From: a virus
Lineage: Duplodnaviria; Caudoviricetes
Length of the DNA stretch: 25,935 nt
Direction: 5' to 3' (one strand)
Virus record (IMG/VR): IMGVR_UViG_3300017747_005628
Coordinates: 1 to 25,935 of that record
The translations under genes were made by a program, and so were the position numbers. Positions 22,862 to 25,935 of the stretch are shown piece by piece (the first letter of the stretch is position 1; the number at the start of each line of letters is the position of its first letter). The notes below the pieces were generated by a model. It made no database searches. It was not told where the DNA came from and worked only from the letters and a program-made list of their open reading frames with translations.

Positions 22862-23687
22862 CGGTAACAACTTTATCTCACACTATCTTAAAAACAATTT
22901 ACCATTATGTGCAGGTAAAATTGGTGTTACTGAATTAAATCTTCTATACTGTAACCATACCTTAAAAGAAGCTAACAGATTTCAACCGCATCTTCAGCAT
23001 GAAGTTGAAGATATTGCAGGATTGTATCCATACAATATCAAAACAACTAAAAAATTTGCGTCTGATATGCAGGATGCGTTAAAAGAGGTAGATTTAATAC
23101 CTAAATGGAATAAAGTTAATCCTCTATTTGAACAGTATATTTTTGACAATTATTGTCCACAAGCTTATAAAACGGAATTACAACATTTAGAACCATACTT
23201 CTTCGATAAACCGTGGACAGATTATCTAGAAGGTAAAACTGTGTTAGTAATGAGTCCGTTTAATGAATCTATTGAAAAAAACTTTCCTAAGCTAGATAAA
23301 ATATGGAACGGTAAAATTAAACCAAACTTTAAACTTAAAACTATAAAATATCCATTTGCACTAAAAATAAATCCAAAAGCTCAGTTACAGTGGTCAGAAT
23401 CTGATCATATATACACAGAGTATTTAGAACTTTTATCGGAATATACATTTGATGTATGTATAACAGGTACCGGATATACATCGCTTTTATTTGCTGCTGC
23501 TGCAAAACGTATGGGTAAAGCAGGTTTACATTTAGGCGGTTCAACGCAAATATTATTTGGTATCAAAGGTCAACGCTGGAGAGAAATTAAAGAATTTCAA
23601 CCATTCTTCAATGAACACTGGACCGACCCACTCGACATTGAAAAGCCAGAAAAACGTGATATAGTAGAAGGAGGATGTTACTGGTGA
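22842..23687 (+). CDS. Polysaccharide-locus protein, possibly GT-D-fold glycosyltransferase
   Basis: LEPY...PWT..LEGK.VLV.SPF...FDV...G.G...GK..LHLGG..QILFGIKG.RW pattern, which I recognise from glycan loci. Confidence 0.55.
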   Translation: MKAMLVDGNNFISHYLKNNLPLCAGKIGVTELNLLYCNHTLKEANRFQPHLQHEVEDIAGLYPYNIKTTKKFASDMQDALKEVDLIPKWNKVNPLFEQYIFDNYCPQAYKTELQHLEPYFFDKPWTDYLEGKTVLVMSPFNESIEKNFPKLDKIWNGKIKPNFKLKTIKYPFALKINPKAQLQWSESDHIYTEYLELLSEYTFDVCITGTGYTSLLFAAAAKRMGKAGLHLGGSTQILFGIKGQRWREIKEFQPFFNEHWTDPLDIEKPEKRDIVEGGCYW

Positions 23688-24445
23688 ACGTTTTTGTAGA
23701 GTTTGATCCGTGGGGGCGGATGGGTAATAGAATGTTTCAGTATGCTTTCGCCCATATTTTAGCTAAAAAAAGAAATACTCGTTTGTATACTAACGGGTTA
23801 CCTAACTTTAACATACCTAACAATATAGGTAGAGCTATTCCAGTTAATCCGCTTTACACAAGGTCGTTAGGTAATAACTTTATAAACTTCTCAGAGTTAA
23901 ACACTACCCCGAGAGATATAGTAGTTAATTCTTTTGTCCAGAAATCAGAATATTACATTCCATATAGAGATGAATTAAGACATGTGTTTGGTATAAGACC
24001 GCATACCGTACAAGATGATAAGCTTGTTGTTCATGTAAGAGAAACAGACTACGTTCAGATAAACCAGTTTTTAGGCTACGATTATTATAGAAAACTTATT
24101 GACTACTCAGGCTTTAAAGATGTTGTAATAGTGACAGATAATTCTGAATGTGAAACTGTAAAAAAGTTACTGAAAGATGGGTGTAGATTAAACACTGAAG
24201 GCACTGTCAAAGATTTTAACATTACAAACGATGCAAGAGCTATGAATGATTTTGATACATTGTTACAAAGCGACAACATAGCAATCTCACAATCTTCTTT
24301 CTCTTGGTGGGCAGCATTTTTAGGTAACCATACAAATATAATATTTCCTTTTAAAAAGAACGGCGGTCAATGGTTGTTAGAACCAGGTCCTGACGATTCT
24401 GATTTATATTTTCAGAGCCCTGCATCGGTTAAATTCGTGCTATAA
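23684..24445 (+). CDS. Alpha-1,2-fucosyltransferase-like (GT11)
   Basis: GRMGNRMFQYA, VHVRETDY, SSFSWWAAFL; start probably GTG 23684 (GTGA overlap). Confidence 0.85.
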   Translation: MNVFVEFDPWGRMGNRMFQYAFAHILAKKRNTRLYTNGLPNFNIPNNIGRAIPVNPLYTRSLGNNFINFSELNTTPRDIVVNSFVQKSEYYIPYRDELRHVFGIRPHTVQDDKLVVHVRETDYVQINQFLGYDYYRKLIDYSGFKDVVIVTDNSECETVKKLLKDGCRLNTEGTVKDFNITNDARAMNDFDTLLQSDNIAISQSSFSWWAAFLGNHTNIIFPFKKNGGQWLLEPGPDDSDLYFQSPASVKFVL

Positions 24446-24449
24446 TCTA

Positions 24450-24476
24450 TTGATTTGTTCTGGGCTATAGTAAATA
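24450..24476 (+). promoter_or_regulatory. Internal promoter (late box, possibly dual)
   Basis: TAAATA(24471)-N6-ATG(24483), with TTGATT at 24450 and TGCTATAAT at 24438-24446. Confidence 0.45.
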
Positions 24477-24482
24477 CGTTAT

Positions 24483-25223
24483 ATGCAATTTAGCGTATTA
24501 ATGGATACAAGCTCTAACTACAAACAGAGAAATCTAAAAGATAAATGGGATATTTTAGAATCTTTTTACGAAAAGAATATTAAACCGACCGGTACGCAAA
24601 AGATACCTAAAATTATACACCAGATCTGGTTAGGTGAAGGTATACCTAACGATCTATACAAGTGTTTAGATTCAGTTAAGGAAAAGAACCCGGGCTATGA
24701 ATACAAACTTTGGACTGAAGATGATATAAAAGATTTTGATTTTAAAAATAAAGAGTTATTTAATTCGTGTAAAAATTTAGGACAAAAGTCAGACATCCTA
24801 AGATATGCTATTTTAGAAAAATTTGGAGGTATTTACTTAGATGCAGATTTTATCGCTATCAAATCTTTCGATGAATTATTACATTTAGACTTTTTTACCG
24901 GAGTAGCTTATGATAAAGAGCCGACTCTTTTTAACGGTTTAATTGGGTGTGTACCGAATCACGAATTAATAAAAGATTTAAACGATATTGAATATGTCAG
25001 TGATAGGGATGGTATGGATATTATTAAGACTACCGGCCCTTGGTATCTAACTAAGAAATTGTTCAAAAAGATCAATACTTTAAAAAATATAGTAGTCCTG
25101 CCACTAGCATATTTTTACCCTTACCCAAATTTTGAGCATGATAGAAGTAAAGGGCATGAATATATGGATTACGTAAATATTAAAACAATTTGCATACACT
25201 TATGGAACTCAAGATGGAATTAA
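24483..25223 (+). CDS. Glycosyltransferase, GT32 (DxD sugar-binding, mannosyltransferase-like)
   Basis: IPKIIHQIWLG, SDILRY..L..FGGIYLDAD, TTGP, IHLW. Confidence 0.9.
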   Translation: MQFSVLMDTSSNYKQRNLKDKWDILESFYEKNIKPTGTQKIPKIIHQIWLGEGIPNDLYKCLDSVKEKNPGYEYKLWTEDDIKDFDFKNKELFNSCKNLGQKSDILRYAILEKFGGIYLDADFIAIKSFDELLHLDFFTGVAYDKEPTLFNGLIGCVPNHELIKDLNDIEYVSDRDGMDIIKTTGPWYLTKKLFKKINTLKNIVVLPLAYFYPYPNFEHDRSKGHEYMDYVNIKTICIHLWNSRWN

Positions 25224-25935
25224 AAGACTTTGTAACTGGAGAAAGAATACAAGAAATAGCTCACGTAACCTATTTCGGTACTACTAACGATAATATACCT
25301 AATCAGTTAAAAAATACAAATACTGTTATAAGAGATAAGTCTGATTTTTATCTAAAAGAGGATGAAAATATTGTATATGTATATGGACATGATTTGGAGT
25401 TATTTTTTAGAGAAACGTTTCCAGAAATAGATAAACCAATCAAATTAATTTCGCACAATACAGACTACCCTGTCGACAGTAAGTTTATACAGTATCTAGA
25501 TGATGAGAAATTAATACATTGGTATGCTCAAAACGCTGTTCTAGACCATCCTAAATTAACGCCGGTACCTATTGGTATAGCAAATAAACAATGGCCACAT
25601 GGTAATTTAGAAAACTTACTATCAGTAGTTAAATTAAGACCCGGTAAGGAAAATCTAATTTATAAAAACTTTGATGTAGGCACAAACATAAATGTAAGAA
25701 CAAGAATTAATCACATAACAAATGCCAATAAAATTTTTATGGATCAAAACTGGCCACATACAGAGTATTTGGCTAGATTATCAAAAAGTCTTTTTGTTAT
25801 ATCACCTCCCGGTAACGGTATCGATTGTCATAGAATATGGGAAGCCTTGTACGTAGGCACAGTCCCTATTGTGGAGAGAAATAGTGCATTTAGAAATTTT
25901 ACAGATCTACCTATTTTGTTTATAGATAGGTGGGA
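25214..25935 (+). CDS. Exostosin-like (GT47-like) glycosyltransferase, truncated at window end
   Basis: Not in ORF track. ATG 25214 gives MELKDFVTGE...SHNTD...WYAQN...PIGIAN...SLFVISPPGNGIDCHRIWEALYVGTVPIV. Confidence 0.8.
   Translation, partial: MELKDFVTGERIQEIAHVTYFGTTNDNIPNQLKNTNTVIRDKSDFYLKEDENIVYVYGHDLELFFRETFPEIDKPIKLISHNTDYPVDSKFIQYLDDEKLIHWYAQNAVLDHPKLTPVPIGIANKQWPHGNLENLLSVVKLRPGKENLIYKNFDVGTNINVRTRINHITNANKIFMDQNWPHTEYLARLSKSLFVISPPGNGIDCHRIWEALYVGTVPIVERNSAFRNFTDLPILFIDRW

Noticed and set aside
2455-23544. Short antisense or alternate-frame ORFs (2455, 5650, 9980, 10214, 10237, 10365, 11278, 11997, 12133, 13277, 13488, 13808, 15491, 16757, 18058, 23341)
   Set aside because: All lie within or almost wholly within well-supported genes and show no recognisable protein motif; they are shadow ORFs.
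1-25935. Stop-codon reassignment, tRNA/rRNA genes, CRISPR array, introns/inteins
   Set aside because: Code 11 tiles the window almost completely with TAA, TGA and TAG all used as stops; no gap is large enough for an RNA gene or array; conserved genes are of normal length.
18539-25935. GT island as flanking bacterial chromosome (prophage boundary)
   Set aside because: It shares an interlocked promoter with phage tail genes, follows the same promoter geometry, contains a late box and shows no att site or integrase; not fully excluded without coverage data.

Overview
AT-rich, gene-dense fragment of a large T4-like (gp55-encoding) dsDNA phage, standard genetic code. It contains: (i) the recombination/late-transcription block uvsY-uvsW-gp55-gp47-gp46 (minus strand, gp46 truncated at the left edge); (ii) a mosaic of small late, probably virion/head-associated genes interleaved with sigma70-type 'early/middle' genes: GIY-YIG and PD-(D/E)XK-like nucleases, an Hc1-like histone protein, a retropepsin-like protease, the 7-deazaguanine precursor genes folE, queD, queE (no queC/dpdA in the window), phoH, a ferritin-like protein, a lipoprotein with coiled coil and C-terminal TM helices, and a P-loop kinase; (iii) two paralogous gp10-C-like baseplate/tail genes; (iv) a ten-gene glycosyltransferase-rich island running off the right edge. 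The clearest unexplained structure is regulatory. Nearly every transcription unit starts with either a late box TAAATA 5-6 nt before the start codon, or TTGAnn-N16-TAnnnT 5-7 nt before the start codon, with no room for a Shine-Dalgarno. This implies pervasive leaderless mRNAs and very compact bidirectional early/late promoters. All family assignments are by eye from motifs; no searches were run.
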